Below the pieces are notes generated by a model. It worked only from the letters and a program-made list of their open reading frames with translations. It made no database searches and was not told the DNA's origin. The translations under genes and the position numbers were made by a program. From Trichinella spiralis (lineage: Eukaryota): a stretch of DNA of 63,847 nt. Shown piece by piece: positions 22,801-36,500 of the stretch. The number at the start of each line of letters is the position of its first letter. The stretch's first letter is position 1. The stretch covers positions 1,129,597 through 1,193,443 of the forward strand of contig NW_003526948.1 in assembly GCF_000181795.1 (NCBI RefSeq). Direction: 5' to 3'.

Positions 22801-25800
22801 TTTAATTTTTGTTGATTTGAAAATAATTGAATTGCAAAACGAAATTTTTACCTGTAAAATTGCATCTGCAGTGTTAATTCAGGGCTGATGAACACGACAG
22901 ATAATAAAATTGACTATGATATCAAGTGAATGTAAATATTACAAAACGTGATGGAGTAGTGTGTGTATGGGGGGTGGGATGTGATAAAAATTGCCAAGCC
23001 GAAGAGGAAGCTAAGCGTTGAAAGCATCCATGCCAGTACGACCAATCAGCGATCGATCAGTCGACCCAGCACGGTTCAGTGAAGAAGCTAACGCTTGCAT
23101 CGAAATGAACAGATACAGAATGCCGAATCGAACAAAATTCTCATGCAAGCAACTATACTGATGTGGTTCCTCATCAGAATGAACACACGACAACATTTCA
23201 CATTTCGATCCTCGCAAAAATGCAAAAGCTTCAAAAATACAGCTTCTCATCACATCACGTAACAAAAATCGATCTATACACATTCTTCTGCTCAGCCCGA
23301 CCATCATCTGCTTTGAATTCGCTTTTCTTTTTTAAATATTTTCCATACTTTATTCAAATTTTCTAGTTTATTTCTCGCTTTTGAAACATCACAATTTCTA
23401 GGCAGCAATGTTTGTTACTTTGATCAATTTTCGTATTCCAATTTCAAATTGCAAACGTCGATTATATATCTATTCACCTGCCCTCACGAAATGACCTGCT
23501 CAACGTTCGACCCGACATAAAATTAACATAAATCTACCAAATTCACCACAACTGCAAGATTTACCATTTAAATTTATCAAGCATGACTCTCAAGCAACAA
23601 GAAAACAATTGCATGCATAAATTAAAAGAAAATTAATATTTCACAACAAACGAATTTTTCATTATAATAAAAATCAATTCTCTCTCTCTCCCTTTCTTAT
23701 GTAAATATAGAAAATGCTTATCATCAACTTTCATTATCCGATTGTGCTCAATTCAGATAAACCTTATTACGGTATATTTATTCAAAGTCAAAAACACTGA
23801 TTTGACAAGTAATCAAAAGAGAAATTGCTTGTTTGATGAAAAATATTCATACGTGGAAAATTTTGAAAATTATCAATATATTGTAGGAAAAAAATGATGC
23901 GTGAAAATTTGTTTTGTAAAAGATATTCGAACATTAATGGAAAAAGTTGATTTTTACATTTTTCATTCTTTCAACAACAACATCCAATGGATTTATTTGT
24001 TCCGTTTGATTTGAATAGAAGAATGCTTCTATCTGTCTGTCTCTCTCTCTCATTACGCACTCTCTTGTCAGTGATGATTATCGAAAACAACAAAAGTTCC
24101 ATTACAATAAATAATATGCACATACATATAACGTTGAACAGGAAATCGCTTTACCACCATTGAATATCAACTAACAAGCTGACGTTGAAACAATGGAAAA
24201 GTTAAAATTATTTATAAATCAAATATCCTCCTCCGTTATGGATTGAATTTGATAGAATCAATAAATTTCTATTAATTTTATTCTATTCCTTTTTTCTTAA
24301 CAAATAAAAACCAAAAACAAATATAGTTAGTTGAAGCAGAAAAAGCAACAATTAGAATTTTAAAAATAATTCTTATGAACAAATAATAAAATAAAATATA
24401 ATATATGCATTCTATTTATGTGTTTGCAATGAATGATTTATAATATAATAAAACTGATCTCTCGGTGTGAATAACAATACCTTTAATGCTGGACAAGATA
24501 TTCTTTCCAACGCATCTATGCCCGCTTGTAGATGATGATGATCACAACATAATGACAACTATAAAATTGATCATGCCAACATGACAGTGAAAATTACTCT
24601 CCTGAATGAAAGACAAAAACAAGCGATTGTCACGAAGATTGTACGCAAATTTAGCACAAACGAATCGATTTTTCAAACATCGACAATGCGAAACAACTTG
24701 AGCTCGGATAAAGCTAAAATCGGTCTTCCCAATATGCGTCTATTGAAACGTATTAAACTGAAGCCGATAAACAAAGTTTCGCATTAATTTGCTTTTTCTT
24801 CATTTTTTATCATTTGAAAAATAATAAAAAAATAGCAAATTATCCTTGTCTTACTGTAAAATAATAGAACAAAGTAGTACAAGTGTAAAAGTGTAAAGCT
24901 GTGGACGATTCATTCATTACATTCGTACGAGAAAACTACATTCCAATAAAAGTCGATGACAACCCAAACCAAGCAAATTTATTACGTTAAGCCCACCGGT
25001 TTAATAGGAATTCGGTAATCAGCTAAGACATAATTAGCACGATGATGAATCGGCTAATAATTGAATTCAAAACTGATCCACCAAAATGGATGGATTGGAT
25101 CCAATCCATGTATGGGACAAGTGAAATATGTTAAAAGAAAAGAAAACATATCTCCAGATCGAGTAGATTCCTATGAGAGAAAAATGACTTCAACCGACAA
25201 CAATTATTTTTGAATAAAATTGTTCTATATAAAATGGAATACTTACAGTATGTATTTTCTTTTTTTCACTTTTCTTCTTGAATATGCAACTTGACAGATG
25301 AAATTTTCACAAGTGAAAAAGATTACGAGAGTACGACGATAGTCGGTCGGTTGACTGATGGTAATATGAAAAGTGAAATTATTCCAAATAGGTCGAATAA
25401 TAATAATAATAATAAAATTTCGATTGAAATTTATAAGCAGCAATCAGTCGATGAAAGTGCAACTCGGCGATGGCGGGTTATGGCTCTTGCTTTGATATCA
25501 ATATTCAATGCGAAATTATTTCAGCCAACTTCGACTCCCTTTCGATGATGTCACGTGGACAATCAGCAGCGGATCGATAATAACGCGTTCATTTCTGCCC
25601 CCACTCTGCATGCCACAAATCTACATAAAATTTTAAATTATCTAAATAAATTTACTTTTTATTAAACATCTATTATTATTATTATTTTATCAGGAAATTT
25701 AATCTTTTGCAATCGACGTAAAATTTCAATATTTTATTCATTTTAAAACATTTCATTATAAAGTTAACCGAAAAGAATTATGCAATTAAATAAATAAATA

Positions 25801-27560
25801 TATTTATTTTTATTTGGATGAAATTCTTTTTAAAATATCATAATATATTTATATAAATAAGCAAATATTATCCAATTACAAGATTTAGGGCCAAAGTGGT
25901 GAAATTTATATTCCCATTTATGGTGGACAGGCAAAACTTATGGTTGGTTCTTTTAATTAAATGGCCCATATGCCAGTGCTGTCAGTTTCAATTCAAAATA
26001 AATTTAATTAAGAATAACGTTTTCTTTGCCAAATCATCTTTAATAGTATTGAACTTTTCCCCGTTCAGGAAAGTAATAATTATTCAGAATAGAAACACAG
26101 TTTTATTAATTGTTCGACATTTATAAAAGAAAAACAACAATTATTATTAAATATGAATTTGCATGAATAAAAATAATATGAATGTTTTAATAAAATTAAA
26201 AAATGACAAATTTACATTGCATACCGTTGAAAATGTTCACAAGTTGAAAAATCACTGCTCTATCAAAGGGGAAATTGATTTCAAACGTGCACATCAAATG
26301 AACTTGGTTGAAGTGTGCCTTGTGTGTGTGAAGAATGATATTGTCAAAATTGGAAAAAAATTTTTATCTGCCCATCGACCAAATGCCACTATCTAGACAA
26401 AATATTCTTCAACGAATGTTCAATTTGAAGTGGAAAAAATGTAAATTAAAAACCGGTTTTTCAACGAACACTTTATTTCACCTACAGTAAAACCGGATTG
26501 ATGGTAAAATTTTCAATTTGAACCTAAATAAATGGTTCATCGTACTACTGTATATTACTGATAATTCCAATGAATAATATTCTTTCAACGGTAAGATTGT
26601 TTTTTGTTTTAAATAAAAGTTTACAATTCAAAATTACACGTATAAATTTCAATGAACTAATTTGTCTATTTTTTTTCGACAAAAAATTTTAAATGGAATA
26701 ATTTGAATACTGCATACAGTTTTTTTTGTAAACAGCGATTATAAAAGTTGTTTTGAAATATTCATTCCATTTCTCTTCTCTCTTGAGACAAATATGAAAA
26801 TGTCATGCATCTTTGTTTGAATTCAGAAAATCAAATTAATACTGACGTCAGTTGTGTTGTGCAAATTCTTTATTGCATCATAATTACAATAGTGGACGGT
26901 AAATTCTTTTTTTTTGAAATATAATTCAAAATTCCAATTTCTCGCATCAATGACAGACAATCAACAATTACCACATAATCCATTATGCTGATTGGAATTG
27001 TAGAATGAAAATAAGTTGTTTGAAATAAATACATAATGCGTGATATATATGTATATATATATATTCTTTTTTTATAGTTATAAAATTGATCTCAAATAAA
27101 TTGAGACGAATAAAAAGCTGTCAATTTGGTGAATGAATTGTTTTGTCATTCAAGAGAAACATAATTTCGATGTAAATAGTATAATTAGTGAAATTTGCAC
27201 AAATTGCCTGCTTGGATGGTCATTTTATACGGCCGAAAAAAAAATTAAACCTTCCTCTTTATTGTATCTTTCTGTTCAATGAAGACAAAATAAAAATAGC
27301 AGAGAGAGAAAGAGAAAGAGAATACATCACAATTGTCGTAGTGATTTCAGCAAAATAAATACTAAAAAAAATAAGATTCTTTGGCATTATCACCGAGAGA
27401 TATTGGCCAGAAAAATAATAAAAAGATAATAATAAAAAATAAGTGAGAAAAAAATGAAATAGAATATTTAAAAAAAGAGAAAGTAAAATTAAAAAAACTA
27501 AAATATGGAAATAAAATTTTTCGAATAAATATCACCAGAGCGGTGGAGTAGGGGTTTGGT

Positions 27561-30500
27561 TTAGATGACCGTCTGCATGTTTTGGAAATCGGTTGATGGC
27601 GGGGTGTGGTTTTCTTCGGCTTTTGGCATCTGGCCAATGCATGTTGTATCTTCGTCTTGGGAAAGTGGTGCCCAAGAAATGGACGCGTATTCACGAATCC
27701 GAGACCTCAGCAGTAAATAGTTGTCGTCGCCTATTGGTAAATCTTTGGAACCATACTTCATCTGCCTCAGGTATTTCACCAGAGCAGCTCGATGACCCTG
27801 CTCCAAAGTGTACGTACAAGCGAGCACTGCTTGTATACTGTCGTGTAGAACTTGTGAAGATATTTCATCAGAGCATCCAGTTAGCGTGTAAACATCTTGT
27901 CGTTCGTCTTCACTTTTACCACTTGAAGCTTCTTAATATGAAAATTAATAAAATATGAAAATTATTATTCCCACACTGTAATAATGGTATTATTAGAATT
28001 TCTTCCCAGTAAAACAAAATGTATACAAATTCGACTGCAAAATTTCAATATTCAAATGTAATTTTTCTATGAGAAATAAAGCTTCTTTTTTTACTTTTGA
28101 TTTTGTACTGATTGATCATATTTTTTTCTAGATAATTTATTTAAAATGTTATCTGGAAAAAATTATTCAAACTGATCATTATGTGACATCAATCAGCAAC
28201 TCAAATTCTACATTCAAATAGAAAAATAGATTTATTGGCAAAATGCATTCTAGCTTCAAAAATTCTAAGCACTCCTGTGGGCATAAGCTGCTTTAATCAA
28301 TTTACACTTGCCATTTCTGATCCAATTGATAAGAAATGAAAGTGATCACAAAATCGAAACATTATCGGCAATATTAATTCTTCCTATTTCAGAATAAATC
28401 ATTCACACTATTGATAGGGGTATACAACGTTTACGACGTCCACAATTGTAGACATTTCAAATCATTTCAAAGTTGATTATGAGCATTGAATTTAGGAATT
28501 TTATGAAAATTTTCAATTTAAACCAAATCAACGACTCACCTTTCCACGCTCGAACTGTTTCGATATGACGCAAAAAAGCCAAATGGATATTCTCCAACTG
28601 TTGCTCAATGTCAATCTCATAATACTGGCATGCATCGTTGATTTGCTTCAATGCAAGCTGCTGTCTTCGACATGCTTTTTTCAATGCAGCCATCCTATAA
28701 AAAAAACAATAATTTTCCCCCATAAAATGTGCTGTAATTAATCAATTAATTATATTTTACCATTCTCCCATTTCCATACTGTGCGAAGCATCCAATTTTA
28801 CAGAAACATTTGGCGTTGCAACTTCAAAAACCTTACAAATATATATATATATATATATATATCAATGTAGAAAGTAAATTTAAAAAAAAGCAAATTATAA
28901 TTGATGTTGCTCATTACCAACTTTCCCTGAGATTTTTCATCAATTGCTTGTATAAGCACAATATCAGACAAATGCAACAAGCCCAATCTGACGCTACCTA
29001 AAAGTGAAAATGCTCATTTCTAGTAAAATTTATAACCTTTCTACACAAAAGCCAAAACTGATTGCTCGATTGACCTAGAAATGCAAATTAGATTTCGAAT
29101 AAAACTATGCAAAAAATTGTACTGTAAAACATTTTCAAACAACCAATATAATGCTAATCCATGCGCTTTGATTAGTTGATAAGGTTAAACAAATAAAAAG
29201 AACAGCTAAATATTTGACAAGATGAAGAAAGTAATTGCTAATTTTAGGAAAATTATAAATTCAACGAAAGCGCAATCGCATACCTTTGTGTTTGCACCAG
29301 TAGAATTCATTATCAGTAAGGCAACAATAGCGGGGTTTACTAGACAAGCATCTTCTACCCAAACAGCCAGAGTTGGCTTTGTATTCGAAAAGCACTCTGA
29401 AAAGTATGCAAATTATTGTAAAAAACTGATAATTGTAACTGCCGCCACCACTGTTAGCTACCCTTCTTTCAGAACAGTAACACTTTCACCCGTCATTGAG
29501 CTTTCGCTACTCACGCATGATATTCGATCAAAAAACTAAAATATACAATAATTTTTCTTCACATTTTGCACAATTAAATTAATAATTTACATTTTGAAAA
29601 ATAAATTGTAAAATTCCAATATATTCACTTTGGATATAGCTTAAAATTGTAAAAGTTTACCTTTATAAATGCTAAACGATGACGCTCATCAGCGAATCTC
29701 TCCCATAAAGGCACCATGAAGGCTTCTTTCTCGGACAACTTTCGACCACAGACGACAAAATTGCTGAGACGCTGTATCGTCTTCGACACCAACGCTAATG
29801 TTCTGGCTACAGTAGCATCCTGTGAAAAAGAAACGTTTCCATTCATCCAACACGCAACATTATATATATATACTAAGCAAAATTATGCAAATGAGCTCAT
29901 TTCCTTACTGGATTATCTTTTCGAAGTCCAAACGTTTTCGGATTCAACAAAGCGGCAGCAAAAAATCGCATAATAAGAAAACTACTCAACACTAACCATT
30001 GCACTTCCAGTCGGTCTACAATGAATAAAAGCATCTTCTCTTCCAACTTATCAAAAAAGCAAAAGCATAATCAAATACTTGGATAAAAGCAAGCCGTAAC
30101 TTCTCGAAGAATTTTAAAAGCATCTTTAAGCAACTGTGGACATCTGTGATTGGAATCGACAATTCTCGACAAAACTAACTCTGTATAAATGACCAGGTTT
30201 CTCTAAATGGGTGTGCAATGATGTCCATGCGCAGACTGAAATCAAAGTTAAAAAAATTTGCATACCAAATTATCAACTAGCATTTGTCCAGGCTGAAGAC
30301 GATCCGGATCAACTTCACAACACTTTCTTTCTGCATAAATCTATAAGTATAATAATACATGAAGAGAAATTTTGAACAAAAAAAATAAAATTCTTTTCCA
30401 TCAATTCAATTCAATCGCTTTCTCACTTTATCAAGACACGGTTTCAATGTGCTAATCAAGTACTGATGTCCAACAAGCTTCATCAATTCAAATACGCACC

Positions 30501-33500
30501 GAGTAGCAAAGCTACAACTACGAAACAGCGTATTCACATCTCTAAAAAAATCACATAAAAACTGACATTAAAAAATTTACATCAATTCCAAAGAGGTTCT
30601 ATTTAAATTAATTTGGATAAAAATTTCTCAATTTAAAAACAATAAAAACAACAAAATACATTTCAAAATCATCGCAAATTTTTTCAATTAATTCTCTTGA
30701 ATCTAAATTTTATGCCGACTATTAAAGAGTTTGGGTGAAATTTTATCAATCACTACTACATTTCTGGGCCAAAAGCTCTAGTTTGAAAATTATGCGAATA
30801 ATTGTTCACTAATAAAAATAAGATAAGATATTTGAATGAAATATTTGTTGTTTTGCTTACTGGCATTGGGAAATTTCTTCAATACATTGAGTCTGAATCA
30901 GTGCTTTCACTTGATTGGAATGCAAAAATATACGGACAACTGGTAAAACAATATTATCCACTTCAGTCTTCGGCAAACAGGACAGCAGAGATAAAGCACT
31001 TGCACGAAAAGGCTGCAGTAAAAACGAAAACAATTGTAAATGGAATATTCTCAGCTTTCACGCTTGTCCGGCTTTAGCTAACCTTACAACTCAACGAATC
31101 AAGCAACAATCGCCACAATTCATTATAATAAGGTGAAGGTAAAATATGGTCGACGTTGTATCTGATTCGCAGCTTCAAAGCACACAAGTCACCCGGATCA
31201 TCAAAATTAGCATTAATGCTTGGATTACGTTTGGCGGAACGGTCACGTTCAGAAGGCTTTGATCGTGGTTTCAAATAATACCACGCAATATTAGACAAGT
31301 CAAAATGACGTCCGCCGCCACCAGTCAACGGGACCCGCACTTCACCATGAAAGAAAGTCGAAAATGAACGAGGCATGTCATGCCAAAGGCTCACCCTGAA
31401 TCAAGTGAATCAAATTTTCCACATGAATTGGATTAATTATTTAAAAAAAAAATTAAATCTACCTGAGAATCGTCGAACCACTTGTCGTAGGATGTGGATC
31501 TGTGGAAAAATTCGTCTCGTCGGTAATTGTCGTTTGCTTAGCAAAACATCCGCTCGGCAAGTCCACGTACACTGCTTCAGCCGAAGAATAGCTTTCCGGA
31601 GATAGACGACGAACGCGTAACTTTTTCGTATCTGTGAAAAGTTGCTCATCATCTCGCTGCAGATGCACCAATGCATACAGTTCCCCTGGTCTGGATACAG
31701 GCAAGGACAGATCGCAAAAGTCGAGCAGCCTGAAGTGTTACAATACATCCGTCAAGTTCAGTACAGTATGACAAAAATTGTCGCATTCGCAAAAAGTATT
31801 GTACCTAACTTTCAAACGTTTCGCAAGTTTACTGTCTTTCGTGTATTCGTACGACAGCTCGAGACATACTTTACCCTAAAATAAAATTAAAAAAAACACA
31901 AATACAGCCATATAAATTGCGCTGTGTTTTATGTGCAAAAATGGTGCTTTACAATGACATCCGAGTGTCGGCTAATTGGCTTCAACGGAAACCAACGTTC
32001 CACTCCAGAATAGCGGAAAATGTCATCTTTGCAGAAAGTGATTCGACCCAACGGTCTCGCCACTCGACCAGGGTAGTGGTCGAACAGATAAAAGGATAAC
32101 AGTCGAAATTTTTTCTGCACTTCAAAGTGAAAATCGTCGCCAAAAAATGGACTAAAAAATTTACATAATTAACATTTAGCATGTTGATCGAATATTGAGC
32201 ATTACTTTGTCGTTTTGGCAGTAGTTGAGGAGCGGAAAATTTCTTCTGAATCCAATTTAATTACACAGCAAACAAAATGATCCATAGCAGAATTTCCCTG
32301 ACGAAGGGACAAATTTTTAGCTTCGACTAAAAATCAAATAATTATTGTCAATATTTGAGAAGAAAAAGTAAAACCAGACAAAACATCAACAAAAAATGTT
32401 TTGACTGGAAAAAAGAATGTAAATTCAAAACTGGTTTTGTCTCACATTTTCCCGCCTTTAATACAGTGTATGCTATGCAATGCAAAAAAAGCGATACCAC
32501 TTTTTCTTTAATAATAATACTAATCAAATTGATAATACCATTAGCTGTTGATAATTATTTCATTTCATTTTCTTCAATGTTCAATCTATAGCAATATTTG
32601 TAAAAAAATTATCAATTCTATTCATTTGTAATGATAGTTGATTACTGTAATAAAAAAACATCTTTTTTTTACTTCCAAAAATAACATAATTTTAATTTTG
32701 TCATTTTTCATTTTAATCAAAATGAAGATGAAATAATTTGAAAATCTGTGCTTCTTCAATTGTGACGTCATCATAAAACTGTGCCAAGCTATGATAAGAC
32801 AAACAGATAAATCTTCACATTCTTATTATTGTAATACACTTTTCAACTGATCCATGAATAATATTTTGAATTGATATAAAGGAAAAAACAAGTTTGAACA
32901 ATCAAAAAAAGTGTATTTTTAAATTACTGTACATTTGTTTTTTTACCGTCATACTGTATTGTGCATTTCAATTAGCATTACGAATAAAGTGATGTAAAAT
33001 GCATAGCATGTCGGTGGTGTTGATCAATATGAAACGCAAAATATCAAAATTTATGCCATTCATAATTGCAAAAATTTGTATTTCACTCGGCAGTCGAATA
33101 AATAAAAATCAAATAAGCAAATAATGAAAAAAGAGTATAATTTTCTAAGATATCTTCGTTATTCGCGAACAAAAGATGTTTTCAATTTTTCAAAGCGTTC
33201 AAAGATATTTTCTTCGTTGTTATGAATTTCTGATGCTCGAGAATTCAGATTACAATAATTACTGATAAGAGCATTATATTTCAAAATCCCAGTATTGAAG
33301 AAAGACATTTTTATAATTGAAACGCAACGGCAATTAGCGTAACAGATTTGCAAATTAATAATAATAATTATTATCATTATTTCCATGGTATTTATTTCAA
33401 AGAAGAATTTACAGAATTTGATTTTTTTTCACTTTCCAATTAAAGACGTCAACATTTTTTTACTTAAATTACTCAGATGTTTATTATTATTATTATTATT

Positions 33501-36500
33501 ATTATCATTAATTTTCAGTGCAACGTGACTTTAGCGTAAGCTTCGGATTTTCTTTCTACGCACAATTCTGGCCCACGTTTCCACCAACTTCTGGAATGCA
33601 ATATTTCTAATTGCACTTGCAGCAAAACAACATCATCATCCTGTTTGTTATTTGGAAAAATTCATATTTCTATGCAAATCTGACTTGTCGCTAAATTTCA
33701 TCAATGACAACGATATCAATAAACGCCCCCGCATATGAACATCTTCATGATTTAGACTAAAACGACGCGTACTTTTGCTAAACAAATTAATCATTGTCAA
33801 ACGACCCGCTTCATTTTGCTCTTGTAAACTTGATTTTCATAAATTAACAAAATATAATTCACAAGAAAGCCAAAAACAAAATATATACTATTATATGCAT
33901 GTATGTAAAGCTGTTTTCAATGGACAGAAATTATTGTTACAAATGATCATCATGTGACGACCACAATGTGTTGATGAAATAAACAAACAAACAAGCAACT
34001 GCGTCAACATTTAATTATAATATTTATATTTGAAATGGGGTTTTTGGGGAAAATTGCAACATTATGATCAAGATCCAAATCATTGACAAACTGCACCCTT
34101 TGGCTAATATTCATCAATGACGACGGCGGATAATTGAAAAATAAAAGCCAACCAAAACAGTTGGTTCGTTGTGAAAAAGCAAAAGCATCTGATGCGTTTG
34201 TTCAAATCTTGTGGACGTGAATTCGAATCAATCAATTAATTAATCCAATTATTATAAAATGTAACGAAATTGTTGATATTGTTTATTGAAAGTTGTTGGC
34301 GCAGTGAAATTTCACTCACATCATTTCTCAATGATTACCACCACCACTAGCAACAACAACAACATTCATATGCTAATTTCCTGCATAATTAGCTGGCTTG
34401 TTGGCAGTGTTGAACAATTTCAGCTTATACTGTATGCTAATGAATTCAGTCGGCAAAGTGATGTCACGTTGTTTGAATTGAATACATAAATGTGTCAAAC
34501 GATGATGATGAAAGTTTTCCGTATATTAAATTACATTAATTAAATACAGATGCAATAATTCATGTGTCAGTGAACAGTTGATGATAAATACCCCCCTCCC
34601 ATTTGTTGCACCGTGTGCGTTGAAGTACGTCGGATGGAAAATAAAGTACAAATTCCAGATCACTTTAAATATACTGACAGATGCGGGTCACACGAAATTG
34701 CCTCTAGAAATCAATGTCAGTGGTAATAATAGGTGTTAACAAAATGTAAAAATCAAGCATTTTACGTTGTACCCGGTTTGCTGTATTCCATTTGTACAAC
34801 ACCGATTGTTTAATCTAATAAACGGTTGCATTTATCATATGCATACACACACAAATGTATACAATGGAATGTTATTTTAGAGAAAATGAGAAAAAGCTGC
34901 TTTAACTTGTTCGTCACATTCGAACATTTCATTTCAATGCTCGGCAAACAGTGACGTTATTCGTGACGTGCTGCATAAATTTGCATAATTGCTTTCGATT
35001 TCCATATCAAATGATCGACAATACGTAGCAAAGTGTGATGTCAGATTGTGTGCAAATGGGTGTATGGTTATAATTGAAAAAGTGAAATTGATCATTTCTG
35101 ATCGCTGTTCACGCAACTTATTTGCATAAGCAGAAAAGAAACGGTCCTGTACTACTACGATTAACAATAGCATAGCAATGATGAGCAAGCAACAGAACCT
35201 TTTCAACATCCTGTTTATAGTTTAAATCTTCTTCTTCAACAGCAATCTTCTGCACGAGATGGGAAAAAATATCGCTACGTAGATGCTATTGAAGCCAGAT
35301 GTTATTGAAGCCGCGGTGTGAAAAATAGCAGCTAACTAATTATAATATAACTTTCTCGGGTCGATCAGCTAACTAGCTCAGTTGAACGATGGATGAAACG
35401 ACAAATTAGAGAAAAAAAAAGAAAATAGATGGAACTGATTTTGCTTTCTCAGCTCTACTTGTAAACAATTTTACATAATAATAATAATAATAATACATGG
35501 AATAGAAGATGTGCTTATTTTTCACTTAAATATACATGTGAAAAGTTGAAATTTTCAAAAAGTTCCAAGCAATATCTCTATATGTACAGTAGTAATTTTT
35601 GCAATAAACCAAATATTGATACTATTAGGCAAAAGTTACAAAATGGCAGTTATAAATCAAATGAATCAAAAGCTGTTTTTCAAAAAATAAAAAAAAAATA
35701 AAAATAAAAACATTCAACTCTAGATGAAGCTATTTTTGATCCAATTCCAATGTTACAAATTGGAACAGAGATTTTAATTATGATTAGTGTGGAACATTCG
35801 GCTCAGGAAATGTGTGTGTACACATTATGCGTACGGGCACGTTAAAAAAACCCACAGCATCTCATTAGTAATAATTTTTGACAGCTAACGGTGAATAAGC
35901 CGCTGGTAAATTTAAAATTGAAACACCGCAAAAGCAGCAGCATTGGTGGTGTTCAATTATTTGGAAAACTGCGGCGCAGTTGTTGCAGGCATGTTTCGAA
36001 ATTTCAAAGAAAACTGCCGAGTCATCGAGTAGAACAAACGCTCATTATATATACATATATATGTATAATTGAGCTGCAAAAATTTATCCCGTCAAATATT
36101 GTTGATAATATGCTTTTTGGCTTCTCTGCTTTTGCCAGTTTCAAGAAAACACATATTCCACTAAAATTACTCGGTTGTATGTTTCTGCTGAGAAATTTTC
36201 CATCGCGCGCCGCTTGCTCCACTCCCATTTCCCCTGGTCGCTTTCAAGAATTTTTGATGGGATGTGGTTGAAAAGAACAAATGCGCACCATCAGTTGACC
36301 ATCGGTCAAAGTCACCTTCTCCTTTGTTGGCACTTTATTAAGACATGCTTCAATCATAGCTAACACAAACAAATCTAATTTTATGTTTCTATCCCACAAA
36401 TATCGAATCTTTTCATATCTCGATATCCGGTGAACACAATTACAGTAATAATTTACATCAACAGAATATATTTTTGTGTATTTCTCTTTGGATAATAATT

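Noticed and set aside
35281..35312. 16-bp direct repeat x2 (AGATG[C/T]TATTGAAGCC)
   Set aside because: Two copies with no spacer; an ordinary slippage duplication, not CRISPR-like.
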